64,000 nt of DNA. Origin: a virus. Its lineage: Duplodnaviria; Caudoviricetes. The position numbers were made by a program, and so were the translations under genes. Where the stretch lies: IMG/VR virus record IMGVR_UViG_3300027971_004105; one strand, given 5' to 3'. Of this stretch, positions 35,854 to 46,369 are shown in pieces. Within the stretch, counting starts at the first letter, position 1; each line of letters begins with the position of its first letter. The notes beneath the pieces are model-generated. The model did no database searches. It had not been told where the DNA came from and saw only the letters and a list, made by a program, of their open reading frames with translations.

Positions 35854-36558
35854 ATGTCTAACAATTATGTGTTGTGTCTCAAACACGGCAACAAATACAG
35901 TGCTGAATATGTGAATGTGTTAAAAAAAATGACACAACGCAATCTCACAGTGGCACATGAATTTGTGTGTTTCACTGAAGATCCCAAAGGCATAGATCCA
36001 GACATCAGAATATTGCCACTGCCTGCAGTTGTTCTCAAAGGATGGTGGTACAAAACCATGCTGTTCAATCCCCACTTGCCCATACAAGGCACCCTGCTGT
36101 TCATTGATTTGGATGTGATTATTTTTAAAAACATAGACAAATTGTTCACCCACAAGCCTGGAGAATTCTGTGTGTGCAGAGACTTCAACAGATGTTTTCA
36201 ACCCAACTGGCAGAAGATGAACAGTTCAGTGGTGCGTTGGAGCACAGGACAACACCCACAGATTTACAACAATTTTATCAAAGATCCACACACCATCAGC
36301 AAGAGATTTCATGGAGATCAAGACTGGTTGTTTGATCAGGTCAAAAAACACTATCAGTTCTGGCCTGATGAATGGATACAATCCTACAAGTGGGAGATGC
36401 GTGGCAATCCCAAATTGGTGAGACAGAAGACAGGTTTCAAAAACTTCACATCACCTGGTGAGCCCAAAATTAAATCAGACACTGCTGTGGCTGTGTTTCA
36501 CGGTGATCCCAATCCTAGAGAATGCGTGGATCCTTGGTGTCAAACCCATTGGAAATAG
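35854..36558 (+). CDS. GT-A fold glycosyltransferase
   Basis: IDLDV DxD motif, NSSV, GDQDW, AVFHG. Confidence 0.8.
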   Translation: MSNNYVLCLKHGNKYSAEYVNVLKKMTQRNLTVAHEFVCFTEDPKGIDPDIRILPLPAVVLKGWWYKTMLFNPHLPIQGTLLFIDLDVIIFKNIDKLFTHKPGEFCVCRDFNRCFQPNWQKMNSSVVRWSTGQHPQIYNNFIKDPHTISKRFHGDQDWLFDQVKKHYQFWPDEWIQSYKWEMRGNPKLVRQKTGFKNFTSPGEPKIKSDTAVAVFHGDPNPRECVDPWCQTHWK

Positions 36559-36572
36559 CCATTGAATCCACA

Positions 36573-36601
36573 TTGACTGCAGTCAAAATATCGCATATAC
36601 T
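36573..36601 (+). promoter_or_regulatory. sigma70 promoter with palindromic -35, leaderless
   Basis: TTGACT-17nt-TATACT; TTGACTGCAGTCAA palindrome; ATG 6 nt later. Confidence 0.75.
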
Positions 36602-36607
36602 AATAGT

Positions 36608-37660
36608 ATGATCAAAAGAATAGGTTTTTGCTGTCAATGGTTTCATCATGATAGAACTCTTAAAAAGAAACAACTGGAAGAATTAGAACGTCCTTACAAT
36701 ACCAGAGCTACCACTGTGCGTTGGTTGAACGAACACAAGGAACAAGCCGAAGAAAAACTGGCATTTGTGTTCAAACACAACATAGATGGCATCAAGAATT
36801 TAATATTAAAAGTGTCTGAACTGCCTGTGAGCAGAAGAATGTGCAGAATATCATCACCCATACTGCCAGTGGCCACTGAAAACACTTGGAGATACTATTG
36901 GGACAAGCCAGACATAATCAAGTATTGCGAACAACACTTTGCTGAAGCAGGCGATTTGGCTCGCAAACACAATGTTAAAGTATCTTTTCATCCAGGACAA
37001 TTCACGGTGTTGGCATCGGATAATCCAGACATAGTGGAAAGAAGCATAGACGAATTTGAATATCATGTGCGTATGGCGAAAATGATGGGGTTTGGTAAGA
37101 AATGGCAGGATGGTTGTAAAATCAATGTACACATATCAGGTCGTCAAGGTCCAGAAGGTATCATAAAAGCATTGCCTAGATTATCACCTGAAGCACGCAA
37201 TCTTATCACCATAGAGAATGATGAAATGAGTTGGGGATTGGATGCCACACTCCAGTTGGAAAAACATGTGGCATTGGTGCTGGACATACATCATCACCTT
37301 ATACGAGATGAAGAATACATACGTCCCACTGATGACAGAGTCAAAAGAGTCATAGACAGTTGGAGAGGCGTGCGACCCACCATGCATTATTCTTATTTTA
37401 GAGATGAAGCTTTAATGCCAGCATTTGATGCTGACACACAGCACATGATGCATAAAAATATGTTGCCCATGAAAGACTTAATAACGTTGGGCTGTCAAAA
37501 GGTAAAATTGAGATCTCACAGTGATCTGTTGCCCAATGCAGCACACAATGAATGGGCACTGTCATTTTTAGAATGCATGGACATTCAGGTGGAAGCAAAG
37601 GCCAAGAACTTGGCAGCTGAACAACTGCACAATCAGGCACAAGCTCTGGGTCTACTGTAA
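36608..37660 (+). CDS. uvsE: UV-damage endonuclease
   Basis: RIGFCC, SFHPGQFTVL, INVH, TIENDE, LVLDIHHH, RSHSD. Confidence 0.93.
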   Translation: MIKRIGFCCQWFHHDRTLKKKQLEELERPYNTRATTVRWLNEHKEQAEEKLAFVFKHNIDGIKNLILKVSELPVSRRMCRISSPILPVATENTWRYYWDKPDIIKYCEQHFAEAGDLARKHNVKVSFHPGQFTVLASDNPDIVERSIDEFEYHVRMAKMMGFGKKWQDGCKINVHISGRQGPEGIIKALPRLSPEARNLITIENDEMSWGLDATLQLEKHVALVLDIHHHLIRDEEYIRPTDDRVKRVIDSWRGVRPTMHYSYFRDEALMPAFDADTQHMMHKNMLPMKDLITLGCQKVKLRSHSDLLPNAAHNEWALSFLECMDIQVEAKAKNLAAEQLHNQAQALGLL

Positions 37661-37671
37661 TAAATACTGCC

Positions 37672-38241
37672 ATGCAAGACATGAAGCAGTGGATCGAATT
37701 GTTCGAAACCAAACAAAAACGTGAAAAAACCCTAGTGTTGGAAACATTGCCTTATGGCATGGGTGATTTGGATCCTGTGCTGAGCCGTGCCAATGTGGAA
37801 TATCATTATGGAGTATTGAGCCGAGGTTATGTGAATCGATACAACACAGGAGAAGGTGATCCTGATTTCAATTATGGTGGTGCTAAATTGCACAATTTAT
37901 TTTGGGCTCAATTGCAAGCACCCCGAGGCAGCAATCTTCCTCAAGGCACAATAAAAGAATTCATAAACGAACATCATAAAGATTATGACAGTTTTAAAGA
38001 AACGTTACTTTTGACCACTATGAAACTGCAAGGATCTGGATGGGTGTACTTGTCTCGATCAGGAGAGATCAAAACCACTCCCAATCAAACATATCGAACT
38101 GATATTTTAATGCCCATAGATATGTGGGAACATTCATTTATGGATTATGTGCCGGCAAAAGATGCCAAGAAACGCTACATTACAAATATTTTTAAAATAA
38201 TCAATTGGTCTACAATCAACGACCGTTTGAACACAAAATAA
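37672..38241 (+). CDS. sodA: Mn-type superoxide dismutase with N-terminal extension
   Basis: LPY, EYH, HNLFW, QGSGW, NQ, DMWEH. Confidence 0.88.
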   Translation: MQDMKQWIELFETKQKREKTLVLETLPYGMGDLDPVLSRANVEYHYGVLSRGYVNRYNTGEGDPDFNYGGAKLHNLFWAQLQAPRGSNLPQGTIKEFINEHHKDYDSFKETLLLTTMKLQGSGWVYLSRSGEIKTTPNQTYRTDILMPIDMWEHSFMDYVPAKDAKKRYITNIFKIINWSTINDRLNTK

Positions 38242-38529
38242 TCACAATTCATCTATAGGTGTATCACTGCTGACATTCATGTCCAGTATTTTGCGTTGCC
38301 GCACACCTTGTTGCTGTGCAAAACGCTTGGGATCACATGCACCGCACACATGCTTGTAATCATTGCTGATGCGTTTGATGGCTATGCTGCCTTTCTCCCT
38401 TTCAAACAGTGCATTGCAACTGTCACACTGGAACCTATAGTAGGTTTTGTGACGCACACAGGTGTGTTTTGTGCCCAGTTTACTGATGCGTTCAGTAAGA
38501 TGTTGTTTCACAACTTTTTCTAAAAACAT
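38242..38529 (-). CDS. Zinc-ribbon hypothetical protein
   Basis: CDSC and CGAC pairs; TAAATA 7 nt upstream. Confidence 0.75.
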   Translation of the reverse strand: MFLEKVVKQHLTERISKLGTKHTCVRHKTYYRFQCDSCNALFEREKGSIAIKRISNDYKHVCGACDPKRFAQQQGVRQRKILDMNVSSDTPIDEL

Positions 38530-38592
38530 ATACTTGTATTTACATTAGGATTTGTGTTTTTTTAATAAATAATTGAAACAGAACGGAAACAC

Positions 38593-38940
38593 ATGGCTGT
38601 AATCACTGTCACTGAAAGAGCAATCGAAAAGATCAAAGAGTTGTGTCATCACAACAACAAATATGCTGTGAGACTCAGCATCAAAGGTGGTGGGTGTGCA
38701 GGTTATTCCTACGATTGGGGATTTGCTGATCAATCAGAAATTGCACCTGCAGATGAGCTGTTAAACTTTGGCAATGGAGCCAAGTTCACTATAGATGCTG
38801 CCAGTGTGATGTATATTCTAGGCACTGAGTTGGATTATGTGACTGAAGTGTTTGGATCACATTTTGACATTCGCAATCCCAATGCCAAGAGCGCATGTGG
38901 TTGTGGTGAGAGCATCAGTTTTGAAAAGGAGACAGCATAA
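38593..38940 (+). CDS. iscA: A-type Fe-S carrier (IscA/HesB)
   Basis: GGGCAGYSY, LDY, NPNAKSACGCGES. Confidence 0.93.
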   Translation: MAVITVTERAIEKIKELCHHNNKYAVRLSIKGGGCAGYSYDWGFADQSEIAPADELLNFGNGAKFTIDAASVMYILGTELDYVTEVFGSHFDIRNPNAKSACGCGESISFEKETA

Positions 38941-38943
38941 CAC

Positions 38944-41900
38944 ATGGCCAAACAGAATATCAATATCGGAGTGGAAGGTAACGACGGTACCGGCGATAGT
39001 ATTCGCGATGCGTTTAGGAAAGCGAATGAAAACTTCACGGAACTTTATGCAGTTTTTGGACAAGGTGGACAGATTGCTTTCACATCACTGAGTGACACTC
39101 CTGACACACTGGGCATATTCAAACTGCCTATCAGCAACAGCACCGGCACAGAATTAGAAATGAGATCATTGTCTGGTGGTGTGGGTATCTCTGTGAGTTT
39201 AGCCACAGCAGGTCAGATTGTGATCAGCAACACCGGCAGTGAGTTGGTGGATGACCTTTCACCCAGTCTAGGAGGTCCGCTCAATGCCAATGGGTTTGCA
39301 GTGGGCAACGCAGAAGTCACCAGCCAAGCAGTGAGCAATTTTAATTCCACACATGGAACCAACATCACCATAGATGAATTATTAATCACCAAAGGCTACG
39401 CAGATCAAAGATATTTAAAATTAAGTGGTGGCGGCAGTGGAACTGCTGGACAAATACGAGTGAGAGATGAACCACCAAATGCATCAGAATACACCATCAC
39501 CATTGCCAGCTACAGTGCCGGCAATGCTGTGATCACTGCACATGGTTTTGACACCAGTGCCAATGGTATTGCCTACATCTACAACAGCACAGGCACTCCA
39601 GCTGTGGGATTGAGCAATGGTGTTACATATTACTTGCGTTTTGTAAATGTGAATCAGATGAGCATGCATGCTTCGTTTGCTCAAGCCACCAATGACGATG
39701 ACAGCACCAGAGTAAAAATCACTGTGTCAGGTGGCACAGGCACACAGACTTTGTTGGATGCTGACTATGATGACGCATTGGCAGGATATTTCTTAAGCAC
39801 AGAAGCCATGCCAAGAAAATCCATTGTGAGACGTCAAGGAGACACCATGACTGGTGCTCTTTATCTGCATGACCATCCAGGAGATTTGGCAGGTGAAGGC
39901 ACTCCCAACGGTGTGGATGATCTTCAAGCAGCCACAAAATTTTATGTGGACAACACCAGCTTCAGTTCTCAGGTTAATTTATATGTGGCCACCTCAGGTG
40001 ATGACAGTATGCAAGGAGTTCCACCAGGCAAAGAAGGCAGAGCTCTCAATTATGCTTATAAATCAATCAATGCTGCAGCTCGCAAAGCAGAAGAATTAAT
40101 ATTGACCACTCCTGTGGCACTAGGACCTTACACACAAACCATTACCTACAATACAGGAGCCAGCAATTCATTGGTGGTGTCTGAAGGAGTCACCAGCAGC
40201 AGTGGATACAACAATGTAAAATTGTTGATAGATGCCAATAGAACTTTCATAATCAAACAGATGATTGGTTTCATCAATACCACTTATCCTGATTTCATCT
40301 ATGATGAAGCAATCTGTGAACGTGATTTGGGTTTAATTTTGGATGGTATTGTGATAGATGTGTTGGCCAGTGTGAACTCCAACGTGAGATCACTGCAGGC
40401 AGGATTGAGATACTACAGCAATGTGAGTGCTGCCACTGCTATCAACCAACAGTTGACACAGACATTGGCTGGCATCAACTATGCCAAAAGCATCACCAAC
40501 ACTATTTTGCAAAATTTAACAGTGACTCCCACTTATGATGCAGGTTTTACGCAGACCATTGACGCACCCAGCACAGTGGATTCAACTGGCAGAGCTTCAG
40601 TGGCTGCCAAGTTCGATATCATTACCAACATCATCAGCAATGGTCCCACATCAGCTGCTCCTGAAGTGGAAGGCAGTACCTACACCATCACCATCAGCAA
40701 TGGCAGTTTTGGATTTGTGGATCAGAACAATCCCAACAATCAAGATTTAATTCCAGGCAAATTGATCAGAGGCAAGCAGAGCAATGCACTGGGCCGTGTG
40801 GTGAGCATCCTAGCAGGTGGTGCTGTGGACACTGTGCGAATGATACTGGTAGAGCCAAGAGAATTTGATGTGGGTGAGGAATTAGAATTTGCTGCTCCAA
40901 TAAAAAATCAGAACATAACCATTAGAGTGGAAAGTGGCACATACTTGGAAGATTATCCCATAAAAGTGGTCAACAATGTTTCTATCAAAGGAGATGAATT
41001 CCGTCGAGTGATTATTAGACCCAAAAATAGAATTTCACAATCACCTTGGGCTGACATTTATTTCTACAGAGATTTAACCATAGATGGATTAACCACTGCA
41101 ACCACAAACTTTGGTCGTCAATACTTGAATGATCCCACAGCTTTGAAGAATGTTGGATCTAGTTATACCAACGTAGGTGGATACACAGCAGCAGCTGAAC
41201 AAATTTTAGATGCCAAGCCCACCATTCAAACAGCAGTGGTGACCTACACCAATTCATTGCTGAGTCCCAGCTCGTTGAGTCCCACAGCGGAAGCTGCCAG
41301 CAGACGCGACACTGGATTGATTGTGGATGCAATTTACAATGATTTAATTCGAGGTGGCCGAGAAAATATTTTAGAAGTACAAGGTGGATTTTTTGGAGTG
41401 GCATTGAGCGCTCAACGCAAACAAGGAATTACCTATGTGGGTACATATATCAATGCTTCAGTGATCGCAGCTTTTTCAGCCACAATTAAAAGCATTGTGA
41501 CAAACATGCTCACATCAGTGAGTTTTGCTTTCAATGTATCTTATAATCCTCCCAAAAACAACAGACAGATGGATGTGTTTTTAATGGGAGAAGCTACCAT
41601 AATTAGAAATGTGACCTGTCAAGGCCACGGTGGATTCATGTGTGTGTTGGATCCTGAATCACAAGTTTTGAACAAATCACCCTACATACAAACAGCCAGC
41701 AGTTTTTCACAAAGCATCAATGCCAAAGCATTCCGAGGAGGTATGTTTGTGGATGGATCTTGTGGCAATGTGCCTGTCAATGTGCAGAATGTGGTGAGTG
41801 CATTTGAATTGGAAGTGGACAGCGATCCAGGAGAAGGATTGTTCATAAGAAAACCACTCACTCCCACAAGTTTCTACATCGGTGGACAAAGATATCAAGT

Positions 41901-44900
41901 GGATGCTGTGAGCAATTATGATGGACCAGCCGGCACTGCCACTCTATTACTGAACGCCAGCAGCAATGGTGGATTAGGATTCACCATCACCAGTCCCATA
42001 CCGTATCCATTGGTGTTGCAGACTGCAGGCAATAAATCTTTGTTGAGCAATGATTTCACTCAGGTGAATGATTTGGGTTATGGACTGTTGGCCACCAACG
42101 GTGCTTTGAGTGAACAAGTTTCCATGTTCACCTACTACTGTCATGTGGCTTATTATGCATTGAACGGAGCACAGATCAGATCATTGAACGGCAGCAATGC
42201 CAATGGTGTTTATGCATTGGTTGCAGAAGGATCAGATCCCAACGAACAACCAGATGATGTGACACTTTTCCACAACATGACGCAGGTGTGTAAAGTTTAC
42301 GACGATGGTGCAGTTTATGATCATCCTCTGTTGGCTCTCAGTGTGTATGTGTATGATCTGGAATATGTGCCTAACAACCGAGGAGAAATTGAAATAGATC
42401 ATGACACCCTTGATTCATCTTTACTTTTGGGTGTGGAAAGATATGAAATAGCCAGTGTGGAGTTGACTGATCCATTGGTCACTGTGGTTGGCCCTAGTGT
42501 GACTCGAGATGGCAGGGTGTACAAAATTAACCTCAGCACTGCCGGCACTCTTTCTGCTTCCACCACTGGAATCAAAGCAGTATTGAGCAACAATCAAACT
42601 GTGACCATCAGATCCAATTCAAACCATCGATTCAGCGGCGTGGGCAACGTGGCTCCCACAAGACCCAGCACTGCTTTGGTGTTCCCCAACGATTCAACCA
42701 CGGTGTACAGAACTGTGTCCTTCGGCATCAATGACGCTGTGGGCACTGCGTTGCCTGCCAACAACGTGATAGCAGGATTCGACACTGGATTCGACAATGT
42801 GAGATTGCAGGTGGCACCTGCGGCAGCATTAACAAGCACCCATGCAGGGGCTGGAACAACCATGGGAGCCACAGTGGGAGATGTGGTGATCGCCATTGAA
42901 CAATTGACTGAAGCTGCAGACATCACTAGAATCAACAACAACAACATGGCCTTTGGATGGGCAGGAGTGGTGCATGGAGTGAGCAATTATGTGGATCGCA
43001 CCACCTATGCCACTGTGCAGATCACCACATTGAACCATATTCACTCAGCTGGCTATGCAGGTGTTGGACTGTATGCACCAGTGGTGCGAGGAGCCGGCAC
43101 AGAAAATATTTCACTGCGTTGCGGACTGTTGTCTGGAGAAGACGCCAATATCACTATTAAAATATCCACATGCAGAGCCACTGGACATGATTTCTTGGAC
43201 ATAGGTTCAGGTGGATTCAACAGCAGCAATTACCCCAACTCTATTTTTGGTGAATCAGCCAACACACCTGTGCAGGACAATGAAGTGGAAGAACGCGGCA
43301 AGGGCAGAGTATTCTTTGTGAGCACAGACCAAGACGGAGTATTCCGTGTGGGAAGATTCTTCACAGTGGATCAAGGCACAGGATCTGTGACTTTTGCTGC
43401 TTCCATTGCATTGAGCAATCTGGACGGATTAGGATTCAAACGAGGTGTGGTGGCAGCAGAATTTTCAACAGATTCTGCCATGACTGACAATGCTTCAGAC
43501 ACAGTGCCCACAGAATCAGCTGTGAGAGGCTATGTGGATCGCAGATTACACTACACCGACGCAGGCACATTGGTGGCCAACCCTATAGGAGCAGGAGTCA
43601 TTGCCAGAGACGGCAGCACTTCATTCACTGCCAACATCAGTGCAGGCGGATTCAAACTGATCACATTGGGCGCTCCCACTTCATCACAAGATGCTGCCAA
43701 CAAAGCCTATGTGGATCAAACATTGTATGCCAGTGATCAGGTAGAAAATTTAAGAAATGTGGACATTGCAGGGTTTGCTGCCAATCAGATATTGGTGTTC
43801 AATGGCAGACTTAGAATATTCACCAATCCAGAAACAGGCGGAATATTTGTGGTGGGTAACACTATCACAGGCAGCAGCACAGGCACAGTGGCCACCATAG
43901 TAGATTATGAATCAGTGGTATTGCCGGGCGCATTGAATGCAAGACGCATAACTTTTGCATCAGTGTCAGGTCCTGGCTTCAGCACATTGGATTCTATCAG
44001 CACAGGTGGTGGAGTATCAGCACAAATAATTGATGGTCCAATGAATGAATTGGCCAATGGAGTGATGAGTGGCAGCACAGATATTTCAATCACAGCCACA
44101 AGAAGCACTGCACAAACAGATTTAAATTTACAAATAGTAGCTGGCAGCATCATCAATGCAGATGTGAACGCAGCCGCAGCCATTCAGCAGAGCAAGTTGG
44201 CCATGACAGCTGCCACCACCAGAGTGAACGCCACAGGCATCAGTCAGGCAGATCTTGGATTGGCCAGCTTTGATTCCAGCACTTTCACAGTGACCAACGG
44301 CTGGGTGCAGATTGATTCAGGTGATTTGGCCATCAGCAAGATTGAGAACATGGCCACTGACACAGTGATAGGTCGCAGTGCAGCTGGCACAGGAGCTCCC
44401 AGCGCCATAGCATTCAGCACAGTGATCAGTGATGGTGGAGGATTAGAAGATGGAGATTTTGCCACAGAATTACTGGCTGCATTGGATCCAGGAGAAGCAC
44501 TGATCAAAACAGGTGCCACTTCATATGCTCGAACCAATGTGAGCACCTCAGGCGAAGTGAACAGTATTATTAAATCAGATGCCACAGGCATTGTGGATGT
44601 GGCAGCATTGAAGTTGGATGGACAACTGTTGATAGACAGCAACACTGGCACCAACACTTCGCTGTTCTACACCAGAGGCAGCATCAATTTCTTACAAGCA
44701 GTGGGCAATACCACTGCCAACACCACACTCACATTCACAGGTAGAAAATTTCAATTTGGTGGCAGCACAGTGCCCAATTCACCCACTGCTGATGCACTGC
44801 AGAGCGCGGCATTGAATGAAGGCCGAGGCATAGCCACACCTCACTTGTTCACAAAATTCATTGAAACAGATTCAGTAGAGTCAGGCGGCACAGGTATAGC

Positions 44901-45501
44901 ACTGGGAGCAGGTGGCAGCACATTGGCTGGTGCAGGCAAGATCAGCATTGTGTTGGCAGGAGCAGTGCCATTCATATTTGCAGGTGACGCAGACGATTCC
45001 ACTATCACCACACCAGGAGTTTATCCTGACGCAACTGACACATACACCATTGGTAATGCTTCGGCCAGATACAAAACAATTTTTGCTGAAGTGTTTCACG
45101 GCACAGCAACCAACGCATTGTACGCAGATTTGGCAGAGAAATATTTGGCAGACCAGGAATATGATTCGGGCACTGTGTTGCAGTTTGGTGGCGACAAAGA
45201 AGTTACCATCACCACAGAAGCCAACACCAACAAGATAGCAGGTGTGGTGACCACAGCGCCAGCATTTTTGATGAATGATCAATTGAATGAAGAGAACACA
45301 GTGGCAGTGGCACTGCAGGGTCGTGTGCCATGCAAAGTGATTGGAAAAATTGCCAAAGGTGACATGCTGGTGGCCAGTGCAGTGCCAGGTGTGGCATGTG
45401 CAGCTGAAGGTGAAATTAAAATAGGCACCGTGATTGGTAAATCACTGGAGCATTATGATTCAGATCAGGTGGGTGTGATTGAGATTGCGATAGGTAGATA
45501 A
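38944..45501 (+). CDS. 2185-aa baseplate/tail-fibre protein
   Basis: T4 gp9/gp10-like N-terminus (NDGTGDSIRDAFRKANENF); C-terminal ADLAEKY...GRVPCKV chaperone-like domain. Confidence 0.8.
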   Translation: MAKQNINIGVEGNDGTGDSIRDAFRKANENFTELYAVFGQGGQIAFTSLSDTPDTLGIFKLPISNSTGTELEMRSLSGGVGISVSLATAGQIVISNTGSELVDDLSPSLGGPLNANGFAVGNAEVTSQAVSNFNSTHGTNITIDELLITKGYADQRYLKLSGGGSGTAGQIRVRDEPPNASEYTITIASYSAGNAVITAHGFDTSANGIAYIYNSTGTPAVGLSNGVTYYLRFVNVNQMSMHASFAQATNDDDSTRVKITVSGGTGTQTLLDADYDDALAGYFLSTEAMPRKSIVRRQGDTMTGALYLHDHPGDLAGEGTPNGVDDLQAATKFYVDNTSFSSQVNLYVATSGDDSMQGVPPGKEGRALNYAYKSINAAARKAEELILTTPVALGPYTQTITYNTGASNSLVVSEGVTSSSGYNNVKLLIDANRTFIIKQMIGFINTTYPDFIYDEAICERDLGLILDGIVIDVLASVNSNVRSLQAGLRYYSNVSAATAINQQLTQTLAGINYAKSITNTILQNLTVTPTYDAGFTQTIDAPSTVDSTGRASVAAKFDIITNIISNGPTSAAPEVEGSTYTITISNGSFGFVDQNNPNNQDLIPGKLIRGKQSNALGRVVSILAGGAVDTVRMILVEPREFDVGEELEFAAPIKNQNITIRVESGTYLEDYPIKVVNNVSIKGDEFRRVIIRPKNRISQSPWADIYFYRDLTIDGLTTATTNFGRQYLNDPTALKNVGSSYTNVGGYTAAAEQILDAKPTIQTAVVTYTNSLLSPSSLSPTAEAASRRDTGLIVDAIYNDLIRGGRENILEVQGGFFGVALSAQRKQGITYVGTYINASVIAAFSATIKSIVTNMLTSVSFAFNVSYNPPKNNRQMDVFLMGEATIIRNVTCQGHGGFMCVLDPESQVLNKSPYIQTASSFSQSINAKAFRGGMFVDGSCGNVPVNVQNVVSAFELEVDSDPGEGLFIRKPLTPTSFYIGGQRYQVDAVSNYDGPAGTATLLLNASSNGGLGFTITSPIPYPLVLQTAGNKSLLSNDFTQVNDLGYGLLATNGALSEQVSMFTYYCHVAYYALNGAQIRSLNGSNANGVYALVAEGSDPNEQPDDVTLFHNMTQVCKVYDDGAVYDHPLLALSVYVYDLEYVPNNRGEIEIDHDTLDSSLLLGVERYEIASVELTDPLVTVVGPSVTRDGRVYKINLSTAGTLSASTTGIKAVLSNNQTVTIRSNSNHRFSGVGNVAPTRPSTALVFPNDSTTVYRTVSFGINDAVGTALPANNVIAGFDTGFDNVRLQVAPAAALTSTHAGAGTTMGATVGDVVIAIEQLTEAADITRINNNNMAFGWAGVVHGVSNYVDRTTYATVQITTLNHIHSAGYAGVGLYAPVVRGAGTENISLRCGLLSGEDANITIKISTCRATGHDFLDIGSGGFNSSNYPNSIFGESANTPVQDNEVEERGKGRVFFVSTDQDGVFRVGRFFTVDQGTGSVTFAASIALSNLDGLGFKRGVVAAEFSTDSAMTDNASDTVPTESAVRGYVDRRLHYTDAGTLVANPIGAGVIARDGSTSFTANISAGGFKLITLGAPTSSQDAANKAYVDQTLYASDQVENLRNVDIAGFAANQILVFNGRLRIFTNPETGGIFVVGNTITGSSTGTVATIVDYESVVLPGALNARRITFASVSGPGFSTLDSISTGGGVSAQIIDGPMNELANGVMSGSTDISITATRSTAQTDLNLQIVAGSIINADVNAAAAIQQSKLAMTAATTRVNATGISQADLGLASFDSSTFTVTNGWVQIDSGDLAISKIENMATDTVIGRSAAGTGAPSAIAFSTVISDGGGLEDGDFATELLAALDPGEALIKTGATSYARTNVSTSGEVNSIIKSDATGIVDVAALKLDGQLLIDSNTGTNTSLFYTRGSINFLQAVGNTTANTTLTFTGRKFQFGGSTVPNSPTADALQSAALNEGRGIATPHLFTKFIETDSVESGGTGIALGAGGSTLAGAGKISIVLAGAVPFIFAGDADDSTITTPGVYPDATDTYTIGNASARYKTIFAEVFHGTATNALYADLAEKYLADQEYDSGTVLQFGGDKEVTITTEANTNKIAGVVTTAPAFLMNDQLNEENTVAVALQGRVPCKVIGKIAKGDMLVASAVPGVACAAEGEIKIGTVIGKSLEHYDSDQVGVIEIAIGR

Positions 45502-45503
45502 AC

Positions 45504-46322
45504 ATGGCCAAAAAGACAGTGAACATAGGCACATCTGCGAACAAGGGCAATGGTGATCCTTTACGCACAGCGTTTGGAAAAATCAACGATAATTTTGATG
45601 AGATATATGGTGCCATAGGTGCTGATGGATCCATATTCAATCCACTCAGTGTGGATCAAAGTCTTGTGCCCACCACCACCAACACAGTGGATTTGGGTTC
45701 TGCCAGCAAACAATGGCGCAGTCTTTATGTGAGCAACAACACCATTTACATAGGTGGTGTGGCCATAGGAGTGGATGGCAATGGCAATTTGACCACAGGC
45801 GGCACAGTGGTTGGCAGCACACCAGCCTGGGCCAACATCACAGGCAAGCCCACATTTGCCACAGTGGCTACCTCAGGTGACTATGCTGATTTATCTGGAA
45901 AGCCAACTATACCAACTGTTGTTAATGCAAGTTTTCAGATCAATGATCAAAGTTTTACACCAGGAAGTGTTTATGCGGCAACACTTTATTCTATAACAGT
46001 GACACCTAGTTCAACTTCTGCTCCTGTTTCTGTAACTTTTAATCTTTCTATAGTTGCTAACCCAGGACAAGAAGATGCTGGATATGGATTTAAAATATAT
46101 GTAAATGGTTCACCAGTTGATTCTTCTGAACTTATAAACTATATTGATGATTCACCAACCAGTTACTCAGCATATCCTGCTACTTATACATTTAATTTTG
46201 TACCAGGAACAAATTCTTCAACAACTATAGCATTGTGGGCTAAAAAAACAGGCGGCAATGGTTGGAGATTCGTTCAAGGTGGAATATCGGCTAAACATGT
46301 AGTAACTGCTCTGGTATTTTAA
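45504..46322 (+). CDS. Short fibre protein with a swapped C-terminal module
   Basis: GNGDPLRTAFGKINDNF N-terminus; codon shift after about 45890. Confidence 0.75.
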   Translation: MAKKTVNIGTSANKGNGDPLRTAFGKINDNFDEIYGAIGADGSIFNPLSVDQSLVPTTTNTVDLGSASKQWRSLYVSNNTIYIGGVAIGVDGNGNLTTGGTVVGSTPAWANITGKPTFATVATSGDYADLSGKPTIPTVVNASFQINDQSFTPGSVYAATLYSITVTPSSTSAPVSVTFNLSIVANPGQEDAGYGFKIYVNGSPVDSSELINYIDDSPTSYSAYPATYTFNFVPGTNSSTTIALWAKKTGGNGWRFVQGGISAKHVVTALVF

Positions 46323-46369
46323 AATGATATTAAAAAAATTTAAAAATAAATATTAAAAAGAAAAAAATT

